DNA of 64,000 nt from Eledone cirrhosa (taxonomy: Eukaryota), in the NCBI GenBank assembly GCA_964016885.1, contig OZ024741.1:237088001-237152000 (forward strand), read 5' to 3'. A program made the translations under genes and the position numbers. Of the stretch, positions 25,813-38,863 are shown in pieces. Under the pieces are notes generated by a model. That model was not told where the DNA came from, searched no databases, and saw nothing but the letters and a program-made list of their open reading frames with translations. Every line of letters starts with the position of its first letter. Positions within the stretch are counted from its first letter, which is position 1.

Positions 25813-26331
25813 TTATAAAGAAGAATGCTTATTCTGATGAGCAAATGCAGAACTCCTGAGGTAAAAATGTTGATGGCAAAGATCACATGAAAGCTGTTGG
25901 TTTTTCTCATGCCAACGCTTGTGGACAAAGAAAGTACCTTTTAAATGGAAAGACTTATCACAAATTTCACAGTGAAAGACAGATTCATTGTTTTCTGTTT
26001 TATGTAATTTCTGGTGTTGCCACAGTTGAGCTTTTAGTGTAAACTTCATCTCACACATATTACATTCGAATGGTTTCACACAAAGCATGAAGAACTCATG
26101 TGTTTTCAGGCTGGAAAAATCAGAGAAGTGTTTTCTACAGAGAAAACAGTTTGGTTCTGTAACATTGGTGTGAGAGGAAGAATGTCTTTGTAAGAGTGTT
26201 TTGGTTGGAAATTGAGTAAAACAACTTGTACAAGTATAAGGCTTTAGTGTGAAGTGAACCTTTTTGTGTAAGTTTAAAGTGCTATGGAGATGAAACCTCC
26301 GATGACACACTGAACAGCGTAGCTTCTTCAT
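25813..26331 (-). CDS. C2H2 zinc-finger protein (5 C2H2 + 1 C2HC-like finger), possibly N-terminally truncated
   Basis: CSVC..HKKVH, CTSC..HSSSH, CFLC..HEFFMLC, CNMC..HQKLH, CEIC..HKRWH, CDLC..HQNKH; minus-strand AATAAA at 25750-25755; in-frame TAA two codons upstream of the ATG. Confidence 0.8.
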   Translation of the reverse strand: MKKLRCSVCHRRFHLHSTLNLHKKVHFTLKPYTCTSCFTQFPTKTLLQRHSSSHTNVTEPNCFLCRKHFSDFSSLKTHEFFMLCVKPFECNMCEMKFTLKAQLWQHQKLHKTENNESVFHCEICDKSFHLKGTFFVHKRWHEKNQQLSCDLCHQHFYLRSSAFAHQNKHSSL

Positions 26332-29300
26332 TGGTTAATAACACAAACTTTTATAATGCAAGTTGAATGAGGCAGTATCAGGAAACTCCTTTACTAGTTG
26401 TTTTACATAGTTTTTTAATATGAATGGTTGAGTGTCTTTAGTTTCAGCAATTTCAACTATATATAATGGTTCCGTTTTCAGCTGAGATAATTATCAGCAA
26501 TATTCTGATTCTATTTTATCACCTCAGTAGCAATGACATAAAACATATAAAACCACGTTCAGATGATTCTATAATATTTTCCCAAAATAATCAATAAGAT
26601 TAAACAGAGAAAATGTCTGCTAACAGATTCACCATTTCATTGTAGATCATTCAAAGCACAGCTTCATTAAATATTAAGTATTGTTACTTTATGTAGCAAT
26701 AGGTTTTATTCAACAGTTGAGTATTGTAAACATGGAGAAGACAGGTTATGGCAATCAGTGGAAGGTATCTGAAAAATATGACATGTTTGAGATATATTTG
26801 TAGAACATCTTTAACTAGCAATTCAAACTATTCGATTATATTTATCACACACATATAACATGGATATTACGTAAGTCAGGGATTCTCAACCAGGAGTTAA
26901 TGACCTCCCACACAGTGCGTGTATGAATAATTTAGGGGCCATGTGAAAAATGGAACTATTGAGGGCTACAGAAGTTTATAAGTTAGCCACATACAAATTT
27001 AACTGTCAGGTGCCGTAATATTCATTTTTCATTCTTCGTGCTGGTCTCAACACCATAAATATTGAATATTACAATACTTTACTACTACCATATACTCTTT
27101 ATATACAAATACTAAGAAAAATCAAATAAAAACCATAGCATATAGGATATTTTATGAAGAGATTTAGCTGAACAAGCAAAAGATCCTGGTCTATTCGTTT
27201 CAAGATACAAAAAAAAATTAAGTTTACATTATCCCACACTGAATAAAGATTGAGTCTCGTGTCACAACAAAAGAACTCATGTCAACCTTTTAAAAAATCT
27301 GAAAAATTGATTCGAGACCCGAGAGTATGGAGATGTTTCAGCTTATTGGATGGAGCCCATCAACATACTAGTATTTATTCACGTCTATTTTCACCTGTTG
27401 ACAATAGATTTTGCATATGCAAAAAAAATTCGTAACTCGTTTTCTCTTTATAAACATTTTGTATATCTGTTTATTGATTTGAATCTCTATATTAATGATT
27501 GTTTTTAATCTTATTGAAAAAAATTATATCCGACGGCGTTCTAACAACTCTGTCAATTTGTTGCCTATAAGAAAAACAACACAAACATGCAAAATTTCTT
27601 GTTTCGTCGTTTGTGGTCTCTATTATATTGGATCAGACACCATTATACTTGTTAATTTTATATAATTTCATATTTTACACTTTAAAAAATGTTAGCCAGC
27701 GCAAGTTGGCTAACATTTCTGGTCATCCTCCAGGACAACACTTTCTTCCTTCTGTCCGTTGGGATCACGAGGCGGGTTGCACTTGAGGTTCTGCATACTA
27801 GAGTGTTCTCCCGCACTCTCCGGGTTCGTATCATGGAGGTAGAGACGTTAGAGTACGATAACTAATTACTTAATTAAAACATTATTGTGGGTGGTTTCCG
27901 AAGAAAATTTAATGACGTTCATGTATGTAACGTTTAGTTTTATGGTTTCAATCTTGACTTTATATCTTTGTTTTCAATATGCGGTCGTAATTTATACGTT
28001 AAGCAGCCTTGCCACTTCAATTAAATAATCCCCATATTGTTAATAAGATTTAGCAAAATAACTCCAAGAAATTTTAACAACGTTTATTGGCCTCGACACT
28101 GATTTGGTGTAATCAACTAGAAGAAATAAAAGATGTAGTTAAACCATGCAGCGGAGGATGACAAAAGATTTGAAAATGAATAAGATAAATAATTATTTCA
28201 AGTCTAGCCTGTCCGCATTTATAAGATAAAGATTTAGTAGTATGACAGAAACAAAACAACTCCCACCCGCCAAATAAAAAAAAGGCCGTCATTTAAAGTA
28301 TGAATGTGGAGAAATATGAACAATAATGATGTTTACCTGTAAATCTGGAGCCATGTGAGCGGTGCTACTAAACTTTCGTCACTTATTAATAAAATATCTC
28401 GAAAAGAAGTTTTAAAATATCATTTATTCGCTTTCAATTAATGCGCAAAAAATTATTTTTATTTTCATATTCAAACCTTCTTTATTGTTAAATAATATTT
28501 CTTTATTGTTAATTTAAACAACGTTTTTATATTGGTGCTTGCAGAATATTTGTTTTGACTTTAAACTATATTTAGTTACCGGTGAATGGAATTTTCAACC
28601 GCTATCCAAATTCTACCAGAACAGATTTATTTGCAGTGTCATTATTATGTTGATCAGCATGATAAACACATTAACCCACTAAAATTCGAACGTTTACTTC
28701 ATTAAGAAAAAATGTGACTGGTAGAATGTTAAGGCAAAATGCCTAACGGGATTTAATTATGCTTCTTGGCATTTTTTAGTTCGAATATTTTGACGTCTTA
28801 TTTTTATTTCAAAATTAAACATAATTATGTATACAAATATATGCAATTTATATTTAAAGGAAAGAGAAAAACAAAAGTGTTGTGGAAGACCCGCGCACTG
28901 AGTCACACGTCGCAAGGGACGCTGGACTTTCCATCTATTAATGTTTTAGTCAAGCCAAGCCAAACACACTTTCAGAATTGCCGTGGGTGATAGCGAGGTT
29001 AAGACGCTGGAATAACCAAGCAGCCTAATACCTCGGTGAAACAAGTTGGCAACAGTGACAAGAACCTTGTCAGTGGCCCAGCTCCTCCAAAAGTCTCGAA
29101 CGTCACTGGCTGTCTAAAATAGTTTGCCAAAATTTCCTGGGTTTTTAGAGAAAATTTAAATGTCATTGTAGAAGGCCTTTATGGATTGTTTTGCTGTCTG
29201 TATGTTGGTTGCTTCATTCATTATACCTAGTTGATTCTAATTATCAAGGGGTCCTTGGCTTGAGTCAATATCCCCTAAATTCTGGAGCCAATTGTCGAGG

Positions 29301-30384
29301 GTTGATGAGAAGAGGTCAAATGACCTTACCCTTTGCTCTTGGGTAAGAGGGAGATGTCTAATTTGAGGCATCATAGTTCTTTTGCTCTTTCCCTCATTCT
29401 GGTAGCTGTGGCGAAGGTAACTGCATGCGTAGCCAAACAGAATAAGTGATAAAATTCCATTAGAGTCAACTATCTGTCATCTTCCCAGGTTTGGTGAAAT
29501 AAATACAAATGTGGGTAAATCTGGTCAACTATATTTCTCTTAACATTTTGGGTCATTGTAACTCTGGTCAACTATACTTCTCTTAATGTTTTGGGTCATT
29601 GATTCAAACATAATGTCGATTGCAAATAATTGTTATCCTTGCTCTCCACCGCTGGGACAAGCCGTGGTTAGTTGTTTTCGCCCGGCAGACCAACCCCTTG
29701 GGAGATGCTAAACACCAGTCAGATGTTGTTTACGACTGGCAAAAAAAAGAGGTCAGATATATCCATCCTTCTAAGTTGTTTACGCCTGGCAGACCAACCC
29801 CTTGGGAGATTCTAACCAAAGGTCAGAGGATATATCTATCCTTCTAACTTCAACTGTTATAAATACAGGGGTTGTTTACGCCCCGGCAGAAAAAGTGGAC
29901 TACAGACAAGACAGGTCACATTTACACGCTCTAGTCACAAAAAACGTCTGCCTACTAACTTCTCACACGCCTAACTGAGTGTTTACTACTACTGCTAAAA
30001 CAAGAAAGTATACTAATACGCACACACAGTAAGTTCACACTGCTTGCATTTTTATATGTACCATTTCTGTCACATTGTATCTTTCAGATACAATACAAAT
30101 TATCTTATAATTGTATTCTGTGATACTTGTATTTACGTGGCTCGAAGATCCACCAAATTATTGTACGAATAGTTCATGTTATAAATTTTATCATTCAATA
30201 TTCAAGTTGAATATTGTTATAATAAAATAAACTTTGTAACAACACAATCCTGGTATTATTCTTTGCATTGAAACCATCATACCAACAATTCCATCTATTC
30301 ACTTATCCGTTACAACCGAAATATTCGCTACACACTTAATATATATGATCTTACACCTAAGTGCAGTTAAGTCTTTAGTGAACT

Positions 30385-30565
30385 GAAAATGCAATAGAGG
30401 AAAGCCGTAGAAAACTTGGGCAGAGGTAGTGAAAGCAGATCTCAAAACACTGAACCTCACATAGATGACAAAGGAACACAACATATGGAAGGAGACTCAT
30501 ACAAAAATCCATCCAACCCATGCAAGCATGGAAAACTGGATGTAAAAAGGATGATGTGGATGATC
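30385..30565 (+). mobile_element. RTE LINE extreme 3' fragment
   Basis: RGKP-KTWAEVVKADLKTLNLT followed directly by AACCCATGCAAGCATGGAAAACTGGATGTAAAA-GATGATG. Confidence 0.75.
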
Positions 30566-31389
30566 CATTATTCAGTTTGGATTCTAATTTGCCCCATTTC
30601 ATTCCAGTTTACATAATTAGTACCCTTGGGTAAAACATAAACAGAACACATTTCTGTATTTCCTCTCCAACTACCAGTGATGGAAATGGAGGATGTATGA
30701 AAATGGAGAGGCTCATAGCATCAACCCTATTCCTTTCCAGCTTCAGCCACATGGACCTTAGCCTATTTCTCATTCCTAAAACTCATTTACATCACTTTCT
30801 AACTACATGTTTATATCAGAAGCAGTTTTATGGAGTGTGTGATCAGAAAATCAGTTGATCCATGATTAAATACTTTTGCTATATTTAATCATAGCTTTAT
30901 ACATTCTGAGTTCAATTACTACTGAAGACTGATTTCCTTTCATCTTTCTGGATTTGAGAACATGATGTACCAATCAGATATTGATGTTAATTTCGTTAAT
31001 CATCATTGGTGCCAGCTTAATTCTGTGCATTAGTTTCTTTTTAGATTCTGTTAAATATTGCCACTATCATGGCTATGATAGACATGTTTGGATAGTCTCA
31101 ATTTACTATAGAACAGTCATAAGGATATGTTGTACAAGAGGACACAGCTCATTCATCCTCACCTTTTCAATGCATCATTGATCATTGTTGGTTTTCAAAA
31201 GCATTTGAACCTTTAAAGTCAGCTCACCACCAAGTTTTATGATTTGCAGATGAATTCTCCCAAATATCTGAATTGATTTCTGCTGGGATCAGTGATAACT
31301 TGAGTTCATCTTTAACATGTTACTTAGGTGCACCACAAGTCTTTTGCTATTAGCAAGTTCTCCAAAGAAAATGGTCCTTGACAAACTTG

Positions 31390-31640
31390 TGGAACCCATT
31401 GTGGCAGTATGTCCTGTCCGGTGCAGTCACTAGCATAGTCTCATAGCCTCAATGCTAGGGAGAAGAATTCTGAAGAGGACTTTGTTGTTTACAATATGAT
31501 CTTTCCAGTTAATGTGGAAGATGTGCACAGTTTCATTTACTGGAATGTTTCTAATAGGCTTAAATCTTGATGGTACACAGATCCAAGTGTCACGAGCATA
31601 AAGCAGAGTTGAGAGGACAACTATATTCCTAGTGTAATGC
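31390..31640 (-). mobile_element. Degraded BovB-type RTE fragment
   Basis: VVLSTLLYARDTW...IFHINWKDHIVNNKVL...LPSIEAM resembles the post-RT region of the LINE at 16916-17200. Confidence 0.65.
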
Positions 31641-32324
31641 ATTCTAAATGTGAATGGAATTATAATGGGAAGAGGTTTCAATTCCTCATTGTTATCACTA
31701 CTCTTTATTTATTACTAATGTTCTTTTAGCCAAACAGATATCACATAAATCTTACCATCACCATCACTACCAAAGCTATCAGCCTACACCTGGACACTGT
31801 GTTTAGTCAAAAGAAACATAATATATATTATGCATTGATCAATTAACATAAATATTTCATATATTTAGCATAAATATTTCACATAATAAACAGGAAGAAA
31901 AAGATTAAATAATGGAAAAGGGGTGGGTACTGACTCGATACCCCTGTCTAGGTGGTATATCTCAGCTGTACCTCAAGATGCTGAAAGCATTGCCATAGAG
32001 ATCAGCCAGTGATACTCACTGCATCAGCCACTCTACTTCATGTTTTTTTTGTAGCTTTGTCAAGTGGATATATAGTATTCCTGGCCTTAGGGCAAGGCTT
32101 CCCCAAGACTAGTGGGAGAAGAGAGAAATAAGCCACATCTTACATGTTAGTCTTAAAATGGAGACCTCATCTGAATGCTTTCATCTGAAGTCACCTAAGA
32201 AACATGTGGACATATTAACTCTTTCATAACTATATTTCTAACAAGACTATATTGTCTTTCTGGTTTAATCATCAAAATAATCAGCAATTATGAGAGGTTT
32301 TGTGAAATAACTAACTTTCAACTA

Positions 32325-33275
32325 TTTCTAACGTTGGTATAAGGCCACCAAATTGGAAGAAGGGGAGAGTCAGTTATATTGATCCCAATGCTTTACTAGT
32401 ACTTTATTTTATTGACCCCATAAGGGTGAAAAGCAAAGCTAACCTCAGATAGATTTGAACTGGGAATGTAAAAGGTGAATCATGTTACCTGGTGCTCTAC
32501 CAATACTGCCAATCCACTGCCCTAATAATAATTGTTTCTAATTTGGGCCCAAGGCCAGCAATTTGTAGGGAAAGGGAAAGTCAGTTAAATCGACTCCAGT
32601 GTGTTACTGGTACTTTATTTAATCGACCCCGTACTGATGAAAGGCGAAGCTAACCCCAGCAGGAATTGAACTCAGAATATAAAGAAACATAACTAAATGC
32701 TTCAAATCATTGTCTGGTGCTCTAACGATTCTGTCAAACCCCCCCCCCCCCCCCCCCATAATAATAAAAAATAAATAAATAAATAAAATCATGTAATTCT
32801 GCACACACCTCAGAAATAGTGAATATTGACCTCAGCTGGGATTGAAATCCAACCATAAAAGAACAAAACTAAATACTGCAGACATTTTAACCTGTGCTCT
32901 AATAAATCAGTTTATCCACCTACCTTGTCTACTGCTATTTATTAAAAAAAAAGTTTCTATTGTTAACCACAGTAATACAGTGAATTGGCAGATAGAATAT
33001 TTGTTTGGTATTTCTTCAGTTACTCTGCTCTCTGAGTTCAAATCCTGCCAAAGTCAGCTTTGTCTTTGATCCTTTCAAGGTCAATAAAAAAAGTACCAGT
33101 CTATTACTTTCAATTTTTCTTCTATATTTCTTTTTCACTTCCTTTCTCTCCCTCTCCAGAAGAAATCTGCTGTATTTCTACCTAGAAAGAATATGGGGTC
33201 TACCAGGTTTAAAAATGCCCAAGAAATGTCAATATGGCATCTATATGACTTCTTCAGGAGTTACTAGTCCATACA
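32325..33275. mobile_element. SINE cluster: two head-to-tail minus-strand units (~32325-32740) and a plus-strand long-tail unit (~32975-33275)
   Basis: Reverse-complement cores (TGGTACTTTATT...CGACCCC...GATGAAAGGC, TTGAACTC); plus-strand GAGTTCAAATCC core with GGAGTTACTAGTCCATAC tail. Confidence 0.75.
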
Positions 33276-36200
33276 AACATAATAATAATGGTATTGTCTA
33301 AATTCAATGAATAAAATGCTTTAATAATTTAAATTACCTTAAGATATTGGAGTTATTCAAAGAATCTATCCACCAATACTGGTTCAGTAAAGGAACCAGG
33401 TATGAGATAATTGTCCCATTTTTTAGGTGTGGCTGATGAAAACATATATCACTGCACCAAATCAATAAAGAATTTGTTAGTTGCTTTTACCAGTTTTTAA
33501 GACCAGATCCTCTCCAAACTGCATTATCTATATTGTCAAATATTTTCAATCAACTAATCTTATACAAGTTATCCCCATTGTTTACTTCTATCTTTAGATT
33601 TTTAAACACCTCCAGAGGTAATATTTTCAAACCATTGTTTGGATAATCTCAGTTAATCAAAGTTTTTTAACTCACAGTATTACATATGTATTTGCGTTTG
33701 ATACACAGAATAGAATTTAGTATACAGAACTTTGTGTATCCAATTCAGAATAGGTACACCGTATCTCTACATGTTGTAAGAAGTATTGGTGACAGAAGGG
33801 CATCCAGCTGTAAAATAATGCATCAAAAAATCCCATCTAACCCAAGACAGCATGGAAAAGTTGATGAAAGCTATGGTGATGAACACTCCTTTTTAAATTT
33901 TGCTTGAGCCATATTGTTCAATGTAACCAACAATGTTTTAAAAATTCTATAATCTAATAAACAAAATCAATATAAGTCTGATAAATGTTAAAGGACACGT
34001 GTTCACATTGTTTTCTCTTTTTCTTTTTATTATAATTCTATGTAATAATGTTATGGATGATTAAATACATACATAAATGCTGATTGCTACTTCTTGTCAG
34101 AAGAGTGCTATCCCTTCATTGAACATTGCACGATCATGTGCATGCAGGTGACTTTTGCCGTTTTTGTTTTGCAGGTACATTCACAGATGTGACACTTAAA
34201 CTGTTGTCTCCTGGCAAAACCTGCTGGGGTGTGTCTTCATGCAGTTTACCATGTCTTGTCTATCTACCCGCTGACTTGTAAATTAAGCCACTCATGGCAA
34301 ATGTACTGTGGAGTGTGAGGTGGTAGAACCATCTCACAGTTGGCTCAATTTCTCCCTGGCTCATGTGATTTCAGATGGTTAACAAAACCAGCCCTTGTTA
34401 GAAGAAATCGGCCACATACATTGCACCTCAATTCTGGCTGGATTATAAATACATAATTACATACCTACATATATGAATTCTCCCGACCCTTTGTTTGGTC
34501 ATAGTAAACCTGCCAAACTGCGTCAAAGACATGACAACCACCCTAGTGTCAGTGTCTAAATAAAATATACTCGACAGAGCCCAGGTAAGCATGCTGGGGA
34601 AGGGCGGGGGGGGGGGGGGGGGGGGGGCAGCAGTACCTCTGAGCACTCAGTAGAATTCAGTAATGCATGTAAACAGGATGCAGAGCCCCCTCCCCCAACT
34701 CATCCAAGGAGCGAGTAGCTCCACTTTAGTACCAACCCAGTTTCCAACCCTTGCTAGCAAGGAAAACAGACATTAAATGATGATGATGATATATAAATAT
34801 ATATATATTGCATAAAATGTTTATAAATACAATCAACATCATTAAAATTATTCAGTGGCTTATTTGTTATAGAATTTTTTTCTGTTTTAACTTGAAAATA
34901 ATATATATTTTAATTCTTTTTTTTAATGTTTAAACTGATTGTTAATGAAATAATATCAAAACATAAAAATATGTAAAACAAAATAAATAGATTAAGATAT
35001 ATCGACCAAATAAAATATAATAGCTGGAATGTTTGGAAGAAAGAAATCCAATCTATGTATATATTAGCATATTTTTGGTCTGTCTATTGTATTGTTGGCA
35101 TGAGTCATCGGGAGAGAGCTGAAAGTTAATTAAAATTGAAAATGGCTGCTGTGCTTGTTACTATCAGTGTGACCTCATATACATGTCCATTATCATTGGC
35201 TAGCTCTGATGATGTCATTAGTTTCCACACTGGTGATTGGCTACTAGATAATCACTTTTGAAAAAGAGTAGATAAATGTTGATAGCTTAGGAATTATGTT
35301 GATTTATTAAAATCTGTGTCTGTAATTAATTAAGATTTGGTTAAGTATTCAGACAACAGCTTCCTTTTACTTTACCTACCTCTACTATGGTTAATCAGAA
35401 TGGCAGTTAGCCATGTTGGTATTATTACTTAAAGCTGTTTGGAAACGGTTATCTGAACAGAGGAAAATAAATTAAAGATAAATTCTCTTCATAGTTAAAA
35501 AAAGTTCTTTTTTTTCTTCTTCGCTTCAGACACAAAAGTTGGTGTTTGTTGTGATAATGGTTTCTTCATTAGGCAAGTAGCTTCAAGCAGTGGTGAGTGG
35601 CTTGTTAATAAAGTAGTCTAAAACTCTAGCAGTGGGACTGATAGAAATTCACAACCAGGAATCCATGATTTAAAAAAAATTTTATTCACTGAGTTAATGC
35701 CTGACAATTATGTGTGAAGCCAAAGGTTGAATGATGGTGGTAGTGATGGTGGTCAGTGATGATTATGGGAGTGGGGGAGGATTGGTTGTATAGTATTGCC
35801 AAATGGTGAAAAGTAATGGAAATTCTTCTCAACTTGGCAAATAACTCCCAATACTTCTTGTTTTAACTGTCCCATTACCAAACCACCCCAAAACTGGCTC
35901 CAGTTCTATCAAACAAAACCACCCACTTTAAAAGCTTCCTACTTAAATTAAAATTTTCCAACAATTTTTTATAAGAATTATATGTTAAGTTATTATCTTA
36001 GTAAGGAAAACATTAATAATTTTAGTAAATTCCTTAAAATTCTTCATTACTTGAAACAGACTGTATTTTATTACAGATATAATCCTGAAAGGGTTAATCT
36101 TCTGCTGAAGGATGGCAGTCCTGCTACCTTTTCACCCCATACACATAGGAACCTTTATATTGTAGCTGCTAGTCATCGCAGCCAAATCTCCCTCAAATCA

Positions 36201-36897
36201 CTCCTTACATTTTTGTCAAAAATTTAAAATAAATGACTAATGAAAAAAATATAACCTGTGTTTTATTTCTTTATGCCTCAAAACTCGAATCACATTTTTG
36301 TTAAGGCTTAGAATATGTTCATTTTTATAGGATAGATGTGATTAAAGAAAAAAAGGTTCAAACAATGTTACCATTTAAATCAAATAGTTCAGCATTACAC
36401 ATTAGTCTTTTGTGTTCTATCTATCATTTGTTTCTAAAGTTTATGAAATTTGTTATTAAAACATTTCTTTTTCTTTGGGTTGTTTCACAGGTTGATTTGG
36501 GTCAATTCTAGAATTTCAGCAGTGTTTTATGTGTGGGCTTACATTCATGTACATTTAATTTTCATTAAGTTTCTCATGATTAGTTGCTGGTGATTCCAGA
36601 TTTTCTCTAGCCCAGGGCTCCTAGTTGCTTTAATCTGGCCCTGGCTAAGGGACAGACGATTATTTTCAGAAATACATTGTAAAATGTTCAAATCTTGCCT
36701 AGGTAGAATTAACCAACAAACAGTATCTAAAATACACACAAATTGTTTATCTTCCTAGAAATAAACTATTTAACCAGAAATGCATAATTCAGCTTACTGT
36801 TTTAGATATAAGAGTTAGTAGCTGACAAGACAGTCAGAACTCATTCAAAATGGCCACTATCTAAGTTTACATATTTGGTAGCTTCTCTTTACACACA

Positions 36898-37185
36898 GTG
36901 AAGGCGCATGGCTTAGTGGTTAGAGCAGTAGGCTTGCAATCGAAAGGTTGTGAGTTCAATTCTCGGACCGGGTGATGTATTGTTTCCTTGAGCAAGACAC
37001 TTTATTTCACGCTGCTCCAGTTTACTCAGCTGAAAATGAGTACCAGCAATAGCTGGAGGTTTAACCCTGCGATGGACTGGCGCTCTGCCCAGGGGGGAGT
37101 CTTGTACTCTCAGTCGCTTCACGCCGGGATAAGCACCGGCCAAATGAACCTTCTGGCTCAAGACAGACTTTAGACTTTACACACA
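36898..37185 (+). mobile_element. Apparently complete, young tRNA-derived SINE with target-site duplication
   Basis: A box TGGCTTAGTGG, B box GAGTTCAATTC, body CCTTGAGCAAGACACTT, (AGACTTT)2 tail; direct repeat CTTTACACACA at 36887-36897 and 37175-37185. Confidence 0.9.
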
Positions 37186-37779
37186 CCAATGGGGATGATG
37201 AGAGGAGGAGAGACAAGTAACTTGAGAGTACCTGAGTGAAGGTGTTATAAAACCATCTATTTCCAAAAATCAGTGGCCTTTCTTGTCAAGGTGGAAAAGG
37301 CAGAGTGAGAAGACAACACATTGAAGAGCCAATGGTTGGAGTATATTTCTCTGCCTTTATATCCTTAGTTGTATTTTTGACAGTATAGCTGTCAATTTCA
37401 ACAGCTGGTCACTTTGTTATGTCTACTTGGGGTAGGTGTTCTCTCCTCCACGCATTCTTCTAATTCAGCAACTTCTTAAAGTAATATTTCTGTGCCTCTT
37501 TCTTCATGGTGAGAACACCTAAGCTTTGAATACCCCCTTCCTAATCCCATTCACATAGATGTAACCAGGAACAGCAGGATAGGAACTTTTTGCCACTGCA
37601 AACAAGGCCCTTCAGAGAAATTTTGCTTTTGAGTCCTAGCAATAGGGTTGGAGGAAACGGTGAAACACCTCGGAAAATTCAAGGAGTTTTGAAAGATTTT
37701 TTTTTAGGAATGGGCATGAGATACTCATGCAGCCTCACCTTGGGTCTTCCATCCTCAGACAACTATACATCTTGAACCA

Positions 37780-38210
37780 CCCTCTTATAAGGCTTGACTC
37801 TATTATATGAACAGTGTCAATGCTTACTCTGTGGTAGGTAGTTCTACATATCTGCACCAACCGGTCGCTCTCCGACAGGTTTGCGGTTGTGTCCTTGGCA
37901 GTGGAGTCATCTGGTGTCCTTGGCCCTAGGGCTACCTCCCTAGTCACCACCATAAACGCTGAGCTGGCCAGCCACAGGTGTGACCTCGCGAGTTGGAATG
38001 GCTCTTCCAGCGCATCTCCCTTACCATCCTCTGGGGAAACGCCATCTCCATTCTGTCCGCCGGGGCTGTGGGGAGGCCACCACGTGGGACCCCATTTGCT
38101 CACCATACAGAGAGATGGGGAGAGCAAGAGAGATGGAGGTGGTGACAGTGGGAGTTCAGCTCTTCCACATTTGGACTATATCCCTGTAGTTGTGTTCATG
38201 AATTCACTCA
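37780..38210 (-). mobile_element. Possible Gypsy/Ty3 integrase-region relic
   Basis: GC-rich island; minus-strand translation LARSHLWLA...TREV and TTANLSESDRLVQ loosely resemble the integrase HHCC region and TTAYHPQTDGLVER motif. Confidence 0.3.
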
Positions 38211-38825
38211 AGTGACTTGTAGTAAACTATTGCTGAAACAACTCAATCACTAAACTTGTCTTTAAGGGAACATCCCAAGATATATTATGTTCGTTTTTAT
38301 TTAATTTTATTGGTGATGAACAATTTATTTATTCTTCTCAATGACATATTACCTATTTGCACTACAAATAACATAGTAAAGAGAGAGAAGAGAGGGGGTA
38401 GTAACAGATTTCTTAGTCCTTAAAAAAAAATTATGCATATAAAATTTCCATAGAAAATTAGTAGTATTAAAAGTTGGACAAGCAATTAGCTATGTAGGAC
38501 TTATTTGACCCACATTTTACCACATAACGATACATTTGCTGTGTTTAAATTATTTGAGTGGTAACACAAAGAATGCGTAATATTGAATAAAAAAAAAGTA
38601 TAAAGATTTGATATAAACATGAAATACTACTAATTAACTTTATCTGTTTTATTAACTCAAGAATCTTGATTATCACAAAAAAAAAGAGATTGTTAGAATA
38701 AGTTAAATATCAGACAAAATTGATTGGTCTATGTAATTGTGGTCCTTCATGTTCCGAATTCCACCCTGCTTTTCATCCTTCCAGGAAGTAGATAAAATAA
38801 AGTAGCAGAAAAAATAATTTAGTTG

Positions 38826-38859
<34 letters not shown>

Positions 38860-38863
<4 letters not shown>

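Noticed and set aside
34160-34282. Acceptor followed by GTFTDVTLKL, reminiscent of a BTB domain start
   Set aside because: The frame closes after ~35 codons with no further BTB similarity.
36901-36975. tRNA-like sequence with A and B boxes
   Set aside because: No proper acceptor stem; it continues into a SINE body with tail and TSD, so it is a SINE head rather than a tRNA gene.
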